From an uncultured Candidatus Rokubacteria bacterium (GTDB lineage: Bacteria; Methylomirabilota; Methylomirabilia; Rokubacteriales; CSP1-6), in the NCBI GenBank assembly GCA_963747235.1, contig CAVVEU010000008.1:352001-416000 (forward strand): DNA of 64,000 bases, in the 5' to 3' direction. The notes under the pieces were generated by a model. The model saw only the letters and a list, made by a program, of their open reading frames with translations, was not told the DNA's origin and ran no database searches. The position numbers and the translations under genes were made by a program. The stretch's first letter is position 1; every line of letters begins with the position of its first letter. Positions 13,961 through 31,659 of this stretch are shown one piece after another.

Positions 13961-14859
13961 GCTGCGGCCGTCGGTGGCCGCCTTCGGCGCCTTCGACGGC
14001 ATCCATCTCGCGCACGCCAAGATCCTCGACACCGCGGTGGAGCGGGCCCGCGCGCTCGGCGTCTCCGCGGTCGCGTGCACCTTCGACCCGCATCCGACCG
14101 TGGTGCTGAGGCCCGAGAAAGCGCCCGCGCCCATCGCGACGCTCGAGGAGAACCTGGCCCGCATCGCGGAGCACGGCCTCGACGCCACCCTGGTCATCCC
14201 CTTCACGCTGGATTTCTCTCGGATGGAGGCCGAGACCTTCGTGGACGAGGTCGCTGGTGCGCACGCTGGGCGCCCGCGAGGTGGTCGTGGGCTTCAACCA
14301 CACCTTCGGCCGCGGGGCGCGCGGGACCGCGGTCCTCCTGCGGGAGCTGGGCGGCCAGCGCGGGTTCGTCACCCACGTGCTGCCGCCGCTGCAGGTCAAC
14401 GGGCTCACCGTGTCGTCCAGCGCGATCCGCGAGGCGCTCCGTGACGGTGACGTGGAGCAGGCCCGGGCGTTCCTGGGCCGGCCCTATTCGCTGACCGGGA
14501 CCGTGCAGCGCGGCGCCGGCCGTGGCCGCACGCTCGGGTTTCCCACCGCGAACCTGAAGCCGGACCGCCCGCTGGCCCTGGCCGCGGGCGTGTACGCGGC
14601 CCACGCGCGCTGGGACGGCCGTCAAGCCGAGGCGGTGGTCAACATCGGCTACCGGCCGACCTTCGAGGAGTCGCAGTACTGGGTCGAGGCCTACCTGTTC
14701 GACTTCGCCGGGGACCTCTACGACCGCACGCTCACGCTCGACTTCCTCGTCCGGATCCGGGCCGAGATGAAGTTCCCGGGCGTGGAGGCGCTCACCGCGC
14801 AGGTCCGGGCCGACATGGCGGAGGCCCGTCGGCTGCTGCGGGCCCAACCGGCAGGGTGA
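13923..14859 (+). CDS. ribF: Riboflavin kinase/FAD synthetase
   Basis: GAFDGIHLAH, TFDPHP, SSSAIR, GRTLGFPTAN, NIGYRPTF. Confidence 0.95.
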
Positions 14860-14863
14860 TCGC

Positions 14864-14892
14864 TTGAACCTCTCACCCCCGCGTGGTACACT
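14864..14892 (+). promoter_or_regulatory. Sigma70-type promoter of rpsO-pnp
   Basis: TTGAAC-17 bp-TACACT with extended TGn. Confidence 0.7.
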
Positions 14893-15005
14893 CCGCTCGT
14901 CTTAACGCGGGTTTGAGCGGTCCAACGAACCCGTCCCAACGGAGCCGCGGTCGGGGCTCTGGGGGCGTGGCGATTGGGGGGGGAACCCCCGGGAGGATTC
15001 GCGGT
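14893..15005 (+). promoter_or_regulatory. Candidate structured rpsO (S15) leader
   Basis: About 110-nt 5' UTR with pairings CCGCTC/GAGCGG, GAGCC/GGCTC and GGGGG-AA-CCCCC next to the GGAGG SD. Confidence 0.45.
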
Positions 15006-15275
15006 ATGCGACTGTCCCAGGACAAGAAGAAGGGTCTCATCGAGCAGTTCAAGGTGCACGAGGGCGACACCGGCTCGCCCGAGGTCCAGATCGCGCTGCT
15101 GTCGGAGCGGATCAACGGGCTCACCGAGCACTTCAAGCTGCACAAGAAGGACCACCACTCCCGTCGCGGCCTGCTCATGCTGATCGGCAAGCGCCGCGGC
15201 CTGATCGAGTACCTCCGCAAGAAGGACTCGGAGCGCTACCGAGCCATCACGGAAAAGCTCGGGATCCGCAAGTGA
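15006..15275 (+). CDS. rpsO: 30S ribosomal protein S15
   Basis: [37 protein letters not shown]. Confidence 0.98.
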   Translation: MRLSQDKKKGLIEQFKVHEGDTGSPEVQIALLSERINGLTEHFKLHKKDHHSRRGLLMLIGKRRGLIEYLRKKDSERYRAITEKLGIRK

Positions 15276-15374
15276 TCGCGGATCCCGATTGGATCGATCT
15301 CACGTTCGCCCGGCCCGGCCGGGTCCCTCTCGAAGTCGCAAAAGTGGCAACTATCCTAGGAGGATGCTGACCGT

Positions 15375-17515
<2,141 letters not shown>

Positions 17516-17516
<1 letters not shown>

Positions 17517-18776
17517 TGGCGTATCGCAAGAGCGCGCTGCCCAACGGCATCCGTCTCGTCACCGAGACGATGCCGCATGTGCGCTCCGTGGCGGTGGGCA
17601 TCTGGGTGGAGACGGGCTCGCGGCTCGAGCCCGAGCCGCTCGGCGGCATCTCCCACCTGATCGAGCATCTCGTCTTCAAGGGCACCGCCACCCGCTCCGC
17701 CGAGGAGATCGCCCGCGCGATCGATTCGGTGGGCGGCCAGATGGACGCCTTCACCGCGAAGGAGCACACCTGCTTCTACGTGCAGGTGCTCGACGAGCAC
17801 CTGCCGCTCGCGGTGAGCCTGCTCACCGACATCCTGCGCCAGCCGCTCTTCGCCCCCGCCGATATCGAGAAGGAGAAGGCGGTCGTCCTCCAGGAGATCA
17901 AGATGGTGGAGGACACGCCCGACGATCTCATCCACGACCTGTTCGCGGAGCAGGTGTGGGCCGGTCACCCGCTGGGGCGGCCGATCCTGGGACGCTGGGA
18001 CGTGGTCAAGGAGTTCGATCGCGACACCGTGCTCGGCTACTTCGAGCGCGAGTACGTGCCCGGACGGATCGTGGTGGCGGTGGCGGGCCACGCCGAGCAC
18101 GAGCGGGTCGCCGATCTCTTCGCGGCGGGCTTCGAGGGCTGGGGGCGGCCGACCGCGCCGCACTCGTTCGTCCCGCCCACGCTGCGCTCCGGCGTGCACA
18201 CCGTGCAGAAGCCGCTCGAGCAGGTGCACCTGGTCATCGGGCTGCCCGGCGTGTCCGACACCGCGCCCGACCGCTACCCGCTCTACCTGCTCAACGACAT
18301 CATCGGCGGCAGCATGTCCTCGCGGCTCTTCCAGGAGATCCGGGAGCGGCAGGCCCTCGTCTACTCGGTGCACTCGGGCCAGCAGGCCTACCGCGACACC
18401 GGCGCTCTTCTACGTCTACGCGGGCACGGACCCGGCCAACTTCGGCAAGGTCCTGCACGCGCTGATGAAGGAGATTCGCAGCCTCAAGAAGGACGGGGTC
18501 ACCGCCGACGAGCTCGGCCGGTCCAAGGAGCATCTCAAGGGGAGCCTGATGCTCTCGCTCGAGTCCACGTCGTCTCGAATGAACCGATTGGCGTCTCACG
18601 AGATGCGCTTCGGCTCGTTCATGTCCATGGACGAGATGCTGGCCGCGATCGACCGCGTGCAGATGGACGAGGTGGACACGCTCATCCACCGCGTGCTCGA
18701 CGAGGAGCAGCTCTCGCTCCTGACCCTGGGGGCGGTGGACCGTCGCCACCTCCCCCGCGGCCTGATGCGCTCCTGA
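17516..18776 (+). CDS. M16 family zinc peptidase
   Basis: HLIEH inverted zinc motif, [14 protein letters not shown]; typical pnp neighbour. Confidence 0.92.
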
Positions 18777-18786
18777 GGAGGCGCCG

Positions 18787-20077
<1,291 letters not shown>

Positions 20078-20081
<4 letters not shown>

Positions 20082-20320
20082 AGGCGCGGGTTCTGGTGCG
20101 GCTCAAGCCCAGCATCCTGGACGCGCAGGGCGTCACGGTGAAGCGCGCCCTGGCCTCGCTGGGCTTCGCGGAGGTGCAGGACGTGCGCGTGGGGAAGGTC
20201 GTGGACGTCGAGCTGGACGGCCTCGGGCCCGACGATGCGCGGCGTCGAGTGGACGAGATGTGCGCCCGCCTCCTCTGCAACCCCGTGATCGAAGACTTCA
20301 CGGTGGAGCTGCTCGGCTAG
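20078..20320 (+). CDS. purS: FGAM synthase subunit PurS
   Basis: LKPSILDAQG...VRVGK...LLCNPVIEDF. Confidence 0.95.
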
Positions 20321-20345
20321 ATTCACGAATACGCCCTTGATCCCC

Positions 20346-20374
20346 TTGTCAGATCGAGGGTGGCAGGGTAGAGT
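20346..20374 (+). promoter_or_regulatory. Internal promoter upstream of purQ
   Basis: TTGTCA-17 bp-TAGAGT, then AGGAGG SD. Confidence 0.55.
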
Positions 20375-20410
20375 GACGGAGTAGCCACACAAGGAGGAAC
20401 ACACGGTCCA

Positions 20411-21124
20411 ATGAACTTCGGCGTGGTGATCTTCCCGGGCACGTGGAGTGACTGCGACTTTCACTACGTGATCAGCGAAGTCCTGCACCAGCCGGTGCGC
20501 TACGTCTGGCACCGGGACGCCAACCTCGCCGATTTCGACTGCCTGATCCTCCCCGGCGGCTTCTCCTACGGGGACTATCTGCGGGCGGGCGCGGTGGCCG
20601 GCCGCTCGCCGGTGGTGGAGGCGCTCCCCGAGTTCACGGCCCGGGGCGGCCTCGTGCTGGGCTCCTGCAACGGCTTCCAGATCCTCTGCGAGGCCCGCCT
20701 GCTGCCCGGCGCCCTGATGCGCAACGAGTGCCTGCAGTACCGCTGCCAGTCGACCCACCTCCTGGTCGAGAACGCGGACACTGCGTTCACCCGCGCGATG
20801 CGGCCGGGCCAGGTCCTCAAGATGCCCATCTCGCACGGCGAGGGGAAGTACCACGCCGACGGGGAGACGCTGCGGGCGCTCCGGGCGAAGAATCAGATCG
20901 TCTTCCGCTACTGCACGGAAGACGGGCGCGTCGCCAAGGAAGCCAACCCCAACGGGTCGCTCGACAACATCGCCGGCGTGATCAACGAGGAAGGCACGGT
21001 GCTCGGGCTGATGCCGCACCCGGAGCGGGCCGCCGAGGCCACGGTGGGCGGGACCGACGGCACCCTGATCTTCCACTCGATCCTCGGCACCCTCGTCGAG
21101 GACGGCTCGTTCCTCAAGCGGTAG
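20411..21124 (+). CDS. purQ: FGAM synthase glutaminase subunit
   Basis: PGGFSYGDYLR, GSCNGFQ, HGEG, GLMPHPER. Confidence 0.97.
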   Translation: MNFGVVIFPGTWSDCDFHYVISEVLHQPVRYVWHRDANLADFDCLILPGGFSYGDYLRAGAVAGRSPVVEALPEFTARGGLVLGSCNGFQILCEARLLPGALMRNECLQYRCQSTHLLVENADTAFTRAMRPGQVLKMPISHGEGKYHADGETLRALRAKNQIVFRYCTEDGRVAKEANPNGSLDNIAGVINEEGTVLGLMPHPERAAEATVGGTDGTLIFHSILGTLVEDGSFLKR

Positions 21125-21152
21125 CGCCACGTGACAACGGGGTGGGGGCGGG

Positions 21153-24805
<3,653 letters not shown>

Positions 24806-24811
24806 GGACTT

Positions 24812-25830
<1,019 letters not shown>

Positions 25831-25838
<8 letters not shown>

Positions 25839-26454
25839 GCCGCTGCGGGTGGCGGTGCTCGCCTCCGGGCGCGGCTCCAACTTCCGCGCGCTGGCCGAGG
25901 CCGCCGCGGGCGGGCGCATCCCCGCCGCGGTGGTCGTGCTCGTCGACGGACCGCGCGGGGGCGGGCGCCCTCGCCGTCGCGCGCGCGCTCGGGATCGAGA
26001 CGGTCGTGCTCGAGCCGGGGCAGCATCCCTCGCGCGAGGCGCACGAGAAGGCGATGATCGCGGCGCTCGAGGAGCGGCGCGTCGGCCTCGTGTGTCTCGC
26101 CGGCTACATGCGGCTCCTGAGCCCGGGCTTCGTCGACCACTTCGCGGGCCGGCTCCTCAACATCCACCCCTCGCTCCTCCCGGCCTTCCCGGGCCTGCAC
26201 CCGCAGCGCCAGGCGCTCGAGCACGGGGCCCAGCGTGTCCGGGCGCCACCGTGCACTTCGTGGACGACGGCGTGGACACCGGCCCCATCGTGCTGCAGGC
26301 CGCGGTGCCGGTGATGACGGACGACACCGAGGCCACGCTCGCGGACCGGATCCTCGTCGAGGAGCACCGCCTCTACCCGGAGGCGGTCCGCCTCTTCGCG
26401 CAGGGGCGGCTCGAGCTCCGCGGCCGCCGCGTCCGGATCAGGGAGACCCCATGA
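25831..26454 (+). CDS. purN: GAR formyltransferase
   Basis: [38 protein letters not shown]. Confidence 0.95.
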
Positions 26455-28041
26455 CTCGAGTGCGACGCGCCCTCCTGAGCGTGCACGACAAGACCGGCGT
26501 GGTGGAGTTCGCCCGCGGCCTGGCCGCCCTCGGCGCCGAGATCCTCTCCACCGGCGGCACCGCGAAGCTCCTGCGCGAGTCCGGCGTGCCCGTGGTGGAC
26601 GTGGCCGAGGTCACCGGCTTTCCCGAGATGCTCGACGGCCGGGTGAAGACGCTGCACCCGAACGTCCACGGCGGCATCCTGGCCCGCCGCGAGCTGCCCG
26701 AGCACGTGGCCGCGCTCGAGCGGCACGGCATCCGGCCGATCGACCTCGTCGCGGTGACCCTCTATCCGTTCGAGAAGACGGTGGCGCGGCCGGGCGTGTC
26801 GCTCGAGGAGGCGATCGAGAACATCGACATCGGCGGGCCCAGCATGATCCGGGGCGCGGCCAAGAACCACGCGCACGTCGCGGTGGTCACCGATCCCGCC
26901 CAGTACGGTCCCGTGCTGGAGGAGCTGCGGCGCGGCGACGGGACGCTGGCCGACGCCACGCGCTTCCGGCTGGCCGCCGAGGCCTTCCGGCGCACCGCCC
27001 AGTACGACGCGGCGATCGCGGCCTACCTCCGCGATCCGGGCGCGGCCGGGCGGCCCGCCGCGGTGACCTCGGCGGGCTTTCCCGAGCGCCTGCCCGTGGA
27101 CGGCGCGCTCGCCCAGACGCTGCGCTACGGCGAGAACCCGCACCAGGCGGCCGCGTTCTACCGCCCGTCCGCGGGCGCCGCTCGGCCTCAGCGCGGCCAC
27201 CCAGCTCCACGGCCCCGAGCTCTCGTACAACAACCTGCTCGACTGGTCGGCGGCGCTCGGCCTGCTGCTCGAGTTCGACGATCCGGCCGCGGTGGTGATC
27301 AAGCACACCAATCCCTGCGGCGTGGCGCTCGGCCAGAGCGCGGGCGAGGCCGCGCGCAAGGCCAAGGCCTGTGATCCGGTCTCCATCTACGGCGGCATCG
27401 TGGGGCGTGAACCGGACGGTGGACCTCGAGGTGGTGAAGGAGCTCTCCGGCATCCTGCTCGAGATCCTCTTCGCCCCCGCCTACGAGCCGGACGCGCTCG
27501 AGGAGATCCGCCGGACCAAGAAGAAGTGCCGGGTGTTCCAGCTCCCGTGCGCGCGGGCCGACTACCCGGCGCGCGATGCGCGAGGTCCGGAGCGTCTGGG
27601 GCGGGGTGCTGCTCCAGGAGGCCGATCTCACCGATCTCGATCCGGCCGCGCTCAAGGTGGTCTCGAAGCGCCCGCCCACCGAGGCGGAGCTGCGCGGCCT
27701 GCGCTTCGCGCTGGCGGGTGGCCAAGCACGCCAAGTCCAACGCGATCGTGCTCACGACGGGCGATCAGGTCGTCGGGGTGGGCGCCGGGCAGATGAACCG
27801 GGTGGACTCGGCGCGCATCGCGGTCATGCGCGCGCGCGAGCTGGGGCTCGAGACCCGAGGCTCGGTCTGCGCCTCCGACGCGTTCTTCCCGTTCCGCGAC
27901 GGGCTCGACGTGGTGGCCAAGGCGGGCGCCACCGCGGTCATCCATCCCGGCGGCTCGGTCCGGGACGAGGAGATCGTGGCGGCCGCGGATGAGCACGGCA
28001 TGGCCATGGTGGTGTGCGGGATTCGCCATTTCAAGCACTAG
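26451..28041 (+). CDS. purH: AICAR transformylase/IMP cyclohydrolase
   Basis: [54 protein letters not shown]. Confidence 0.96.
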
Positions 28042-28048
28042 CCCTCCG

Positions 28049-28954
28049 CTCGAACGGGTCTTCACGCTGCGGGAGCTGACGCGGCTGCTGCGCCTCTCTC
28101 CCAAGCGCCGCTCGCAGCTCCGGCGCCTGGGCCTGCTGCGCGACGACCCGGGCGGCCTGCGCTTCCGCGAGCTGGTCTCGGTGCGCGCGGCCGCGAACCT
28201 GCTCGAGAGCGGGGCGAGCGTGCGCCAGGTGCGCGCCGCGCTCGACGGGGCCCGTCGCCTCGCCCCCGACGTGCGGACGCCGCTGGCCGAGCTGCGCCTG
28301 GTCGTCCGCGATCGGCAGGTGGTGGTCGAGCAGGACCGGCTGCGGCTCGATCCGGGCACCGGCCAGACCCTGCTCGCCTTCGAGCCCGTCGGGGACCTCG
28401 AGCGCGAGACCCGGGAGACGCTGCTGACCGGGATGGTGCGCCCGCTCATCCCGCCCGCCGACGCCGCCGAGGTGTGGTTCCAGCGCGCGTCGGAGTGGGA
28501 CGGCGACCCGGAGCGCTGGGAATCCGCGGTGGACGCCTACGAGCGCGTGCTCGACATGGATCCGGGCTACGCGGCGGCCTGGAACAACCTGGGCCTTCTC
28601 CATCACCGGATGGGGCAGTACGAGCGGGCCGGGGAGTGCTACCGGGCCGCGCTCGAGGCCGACGAGAGCTGCTGCCAGGCGTCCTTCAACCTGGGCTCGC
28701 TCCACGAGGACCTGGGCGATTTCCAGGTCTCGGTCACCTGGTACCGGCGCGCGCTCGAGATGGACGCCGACTACGCGGACGCCCACTTCAACCTGGCGGG
28801 CGTGCTCGCCAAGATGGGCCGGGCCGAGAGCGCGGCGGTGCACTGGCGGCGCTACCTCGAGCTCGACCTGGGCAGCCCGTGGGCCAAGATCGCGCGCGCG
28901 CACCTGGAGGAGGGCGCCGAGCCCTCCGGCGCCGACACGGAGACCGACGAGTGA
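28049..28954 (+). CDS. N-terminal HTH-like (MerR-like) plus TPR repeat protein; start uncertain
   Basis: FTLRELTRLLRLSPKRRSQLRRLGLL N-terminus; TPR motifs AAAWNNLGLL, ASFNLGSL, DAHFNLAGVL. Confidence 0.75.
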   Translation, partial: LERVFTLRELTRLLRLSPKRRSQLRRLGLLRDDPGGLRFRELVSVRAAANLLESGASVRQVRAALDGARRLAPDVRTPLAELRLVVRDRQVVVEQDRLRLDPGTGQTLLAFEPVGDLERETRETLLTGMVRPLIPPADAAEVWFQRASEWDGDPERWESAVDAYERVLDMDPGYAAAWNNLGLLHHRMGQYERAGECYRAALEADESCCQASFNLGSLHEDLGDFQVSVTWYRRALEMDADYADAHFNLAGVLAKMGRAESAAVHWRRYLELDLGSPWAKIARAHLEEGAEPSGADTETDE

Positions 28955-30231
28955 CCGACGTGCTCCTGGTGGGCGGCGGCGGGCGCGAGCACGCGCTGGC
29001 CTGGAAGCTCGCGCAGAGCCCGCGCCTCGGCCGCATGATCGCGGCGCCCGGCAATCCCGGCATCGCCGCGCACGCCCGGTGCGTCCCGGTGAAGGACACC
29101 GCGATTGACGAGCTGGTGGCGCTCGCGCGCCGGGAGCGGCCCGACCTGGTGGTGGTGGGGCCCGAGGTGCCGCTCGCGCTGGGGCTCGCCGACCGGCTAC
29201 GCGAGGCCGGGTTCGCGGTGTTCGGACCGAGCGCGGCGGCCGCGCGTCTCGAGAGCTCGAAGGCCTTCTCCAAGGAGCTGATGGCCCGCCACGGCATGCC
29301 CACCGCGCGCTTCCGCACCTTCCAGGACGCGGCGGCGGCGCGAGCGTACTGCCGCGAGCTGGGCGCGCCCCTGGTGGTGAAGGCCGACGGGCTCGCGGCG
29401 GGCAAGGGCGTCATCGTGTGCCGCTCGCTCGACGAGGCCGACCGGGCGCTCGCCCTCTGCTTCGAGGAGCGCGCCTTCGGCGTCTCGGGCCTCACGGTGG
29501 TGGTGGAGGAGTTCCTCGAGGGCGAGGAGGCGTCCTTCTTCGCGATCGCCGACGGGGCCGCGGTCCTGCCGCTCGCGGCGGCGCAGGACCACAAGACGGT
29601 CTTCGACGACGACCGGGGACCCAATACCGGCGGCATGGGCGCCTACTCGCCGACGCCGGTCATGAGCGACGCCATGCAGGACCGCGTCATGGCCGAGATC
29701 GTGCGGCCGGTGATCGCGGCGATGGGCAAGGAGGGCGCGCCCTACACCGGCGTGCTCTTCGTCGGCCTGATGATCACGCGCGAGGGGCCGAAGGTCATCG
29801 AGTTCAACTGCCGCTTCGGCGACCCGGAGTGCCAGGCGATCATGCCGCGCCTCGAGGGAGACCTGCTGGACCTGCTGCAGGCCGCCGCCACCGGGCAGGG
29901 GCTGCCCGCCGCGCTCGCGTGGAGCCCGGGGACTTCCGTCTGCGTGGTGATGACCTCCGCCGGCTATCCGGGCCGCTACGAGACGGGCCGCCCCATCACG
30001 GGCGTCGCCGGGGCCGCCGCGCTGCCCGGCATCAACGTCTTCCACGCGGGCACCGCGATGGCGGGCGACGCGCTCGTCACCGCGGGGGGCCGCGTGCTCG
30101 GCGTGCAGGCCATGGGCCGCGACGTGGCCTCCGCGATCCGCGCGGCCTATGCCGGCGTCGAGCGCATCCGCTTCGACGGCGCCCACTACCGCCGGGACAT
30201 CGGCCATCACGCGCTGAGGCGCATCGGGTGA
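28951..30231 (+). CDS. purD: Phosphoribosylamine--glycine ligase
   Basis: GGGGREHAL, KADGLAAGKGV, NTGGMGAYSP, EFNCRFGDPE, YRRDIG. Confidence 0.97.
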   Translation: MTDVLLVGGGGREHALAWKLAQSPRLGRMIAAPGNPGIAAHARCVPVKDTAIDELVALARRERPDLVVVGPEVPLALGLADRLREAGFAVFGPSAAAARLESSKAFSKELMARHGMPTARFRTFQDAAAARAYCRELGAPLVVKADGLAAGKGVIVCRSLDEADRALALCFEERAFGVSGLTVVVEEFLEGEEASFFAIADGAAVLPLAAAQDHKTVFDDDRGPNTGGMGAYSPTPVMSDAMQDRVMAEIVRPVIAAMGKEGAPYTGVLFVGLMITREGPKVIEFNCRFGDPECQAIMPRLEGDLLDLLQAAATGQGLPAALAWSPGTSVCVVMTSAGYPGRYETGRPITGVAGAAALPGINVFHAGTAMAGDALVTAGGRVLGVQAMGRDVASAIRAAYAGVERIRFDGAHYRRDIGHHALRRIG

Positions 30232-30428
30232 GCATGCGGACGTTCTCGACTGGCGCCTCCACGGTGATGCGCGCCTCCGGCGCGCCGGCTGGTCATCACG
30301 CGCTGAGGCGCATCGGGTGAGCATGCGGACGTTCTCGACTGGCGCCTCCACGGTGAGGCGCGCCTGCGGCGCGCCGGCCGGCCATCACGCGCTCGGACGG
30401 ATCGGGTGAGCACGCCGACGATCTCGAC
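30202..30428 (+). repeat. 89-bp tandem repeat, about 2.5 copies, spanning the purD stop/tsaC start junction
   Basis: Units start at 30202, 30291 and 30380 (GG[C/T]CATCACGCGCT...ATCGGGTGAGCA...TCTCGAC); internal hairpin GCGCGCC-N3-GGCGCGC. Confidence 0.92.
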
Positions 30429-31047
30429 CCGTGTCGTCCGCGTGGATCCGGTGGGGCCCGATCGATCCGTGATGCGCGCCGCCGCTGCGCGCATCCAGGC
30501 GGGTGGGCTCGTGGCCTTCCCCACCGAGAGCTTCTACGGCCTGGGCGCCGACGCGCTCGATCCCGCCGCGATCGCGCGCGTCTTCGAGATCAAGGGCCGA
30601 CCGGACGACAAGCCGCTGCTCGTGCTGGTGGATTCGATCGACATGGTGACGGAGCTGGCCGCCGCGATCCCCGACGGCGCGCGCGCCCTGATGGCGCGGC
30701 ACTGGCCGGGCGCGCTCACCCTGGTGCTCCGGGCCGCCGCGCGCGTGCCCGCCGGGCTCACCGGCGGCACCGGCACCGTCGGCGTGCGCCTGCCGGGGCA
30801 CGCGGTGGCGCGCGCGCTCGTCGCCGCGGCCGCACGGCCGGTCACCGCGCCCAGCGCGAACCCGGACGGGGCGCCGCCGCCGCGGACCGCGGGCGACGTG
30901 CGCGGGTACTTCGACGGGCGCGTGGAGCTGATCCTGGACGGCGGGACCACCGCCGGCGGCGCGGGCTCCACCGTCGCGGACTGCACGGTCTGGCCTCCGC
31001 GCATCCTGCGGCAGGGGCCGGTGATCGTCGAGGCCTCATGCGGATAA
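30406..31047 (+). CDS. tsaC: Threonylcarbamoyl-AMP synthase (Sua5/YrdC)
   Basis: VAFPTESFYGLGAD, KGRPDDKPL, WPGALT, TAPSAN, GSTV. Confidence 0.93.
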   Translation: MSTPTISTRVVRVDPVGPDRSVMRAAAARIQAGGLVAFPTESFYGLGADALDPAAIARVFEIKGRPDDKPLLVLVDSIDMVTELAAAIPDGARALMARHWPGALTLVLRAAARVPAGLTGGTGTVGVRLPGHAVARALVAAAARPVTAPSANPDGAPPPRTAGDVRGYFDGRVELILDGGTTAGGAGSTVADCTVWPPRILRQGPVIVEASCG

Positions 31048-31650
31048 CCGGAGTCATCCAGGCGGGCGGGCGGAGCACCCGCATGGGCGGCCGGCCGAAG
31101 GCCCTGCTGGAGCTGGGCGGCCGGCGCATCATCGACCGCGTCGCGCACGTCATGCGGCAGGTCGCCGACGATCTGCTGATCGTGACCAACACCCCCGAGC
31201 TCTACGCCTCGCTCGGCCTGCCGATGGTGCCCGACGTCTTCCCCGATCACGGCTCGCTGGGCGGCATCTACTCGGGCCTGCAGGCGGCGTCCGGCGACGC
31301 CGCGTTCACGGTGGCGTGCGACATGCCGTTCCTCGATGCCGGAGGTGGCGCGCCTGGTCACGGAGCGGGCGGGCCGAGCCGACGTGGTCGTCCCGCGGGT
31401 CGGCGAGCAGTGGGAGACGCTCCACGCCTGCTACGGAAAGGCCTGCCTGGCGCCGATCGAGACGCGGCTCCGCGCCGGACGGCTCAAGATCATCGGCTTC
31501 TACGACGAGGTGCGCGTGCTCGCCATCTCCGCGGGCGAGGTCGCCCGCTTCCGGGCCCCCGAGGTCGTGTTCATGAACGTCAACACCCCGGAGGAGCTCG
31601 AGGCCGCGCGCCTGCTCCTCCCCGCGCTCGAACCGGTGGGAGGTCGCTAG
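31038..31650 (+). CDS. mobA: Molybdenum cofactor guanylyltransferase family
   Basis: QAGGRSTRMGGRPKALL, GSLGGIYSGL, ACDMPF, NVNTPEE. Confidence 0.85.
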
Positions 31651-31659
31651 GGCCGCCCC

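Noticed and set aside
30202-30428. Repeat array as CRISPR
   Set aside because: No unique spacers, 89-bp units and no cas genes.
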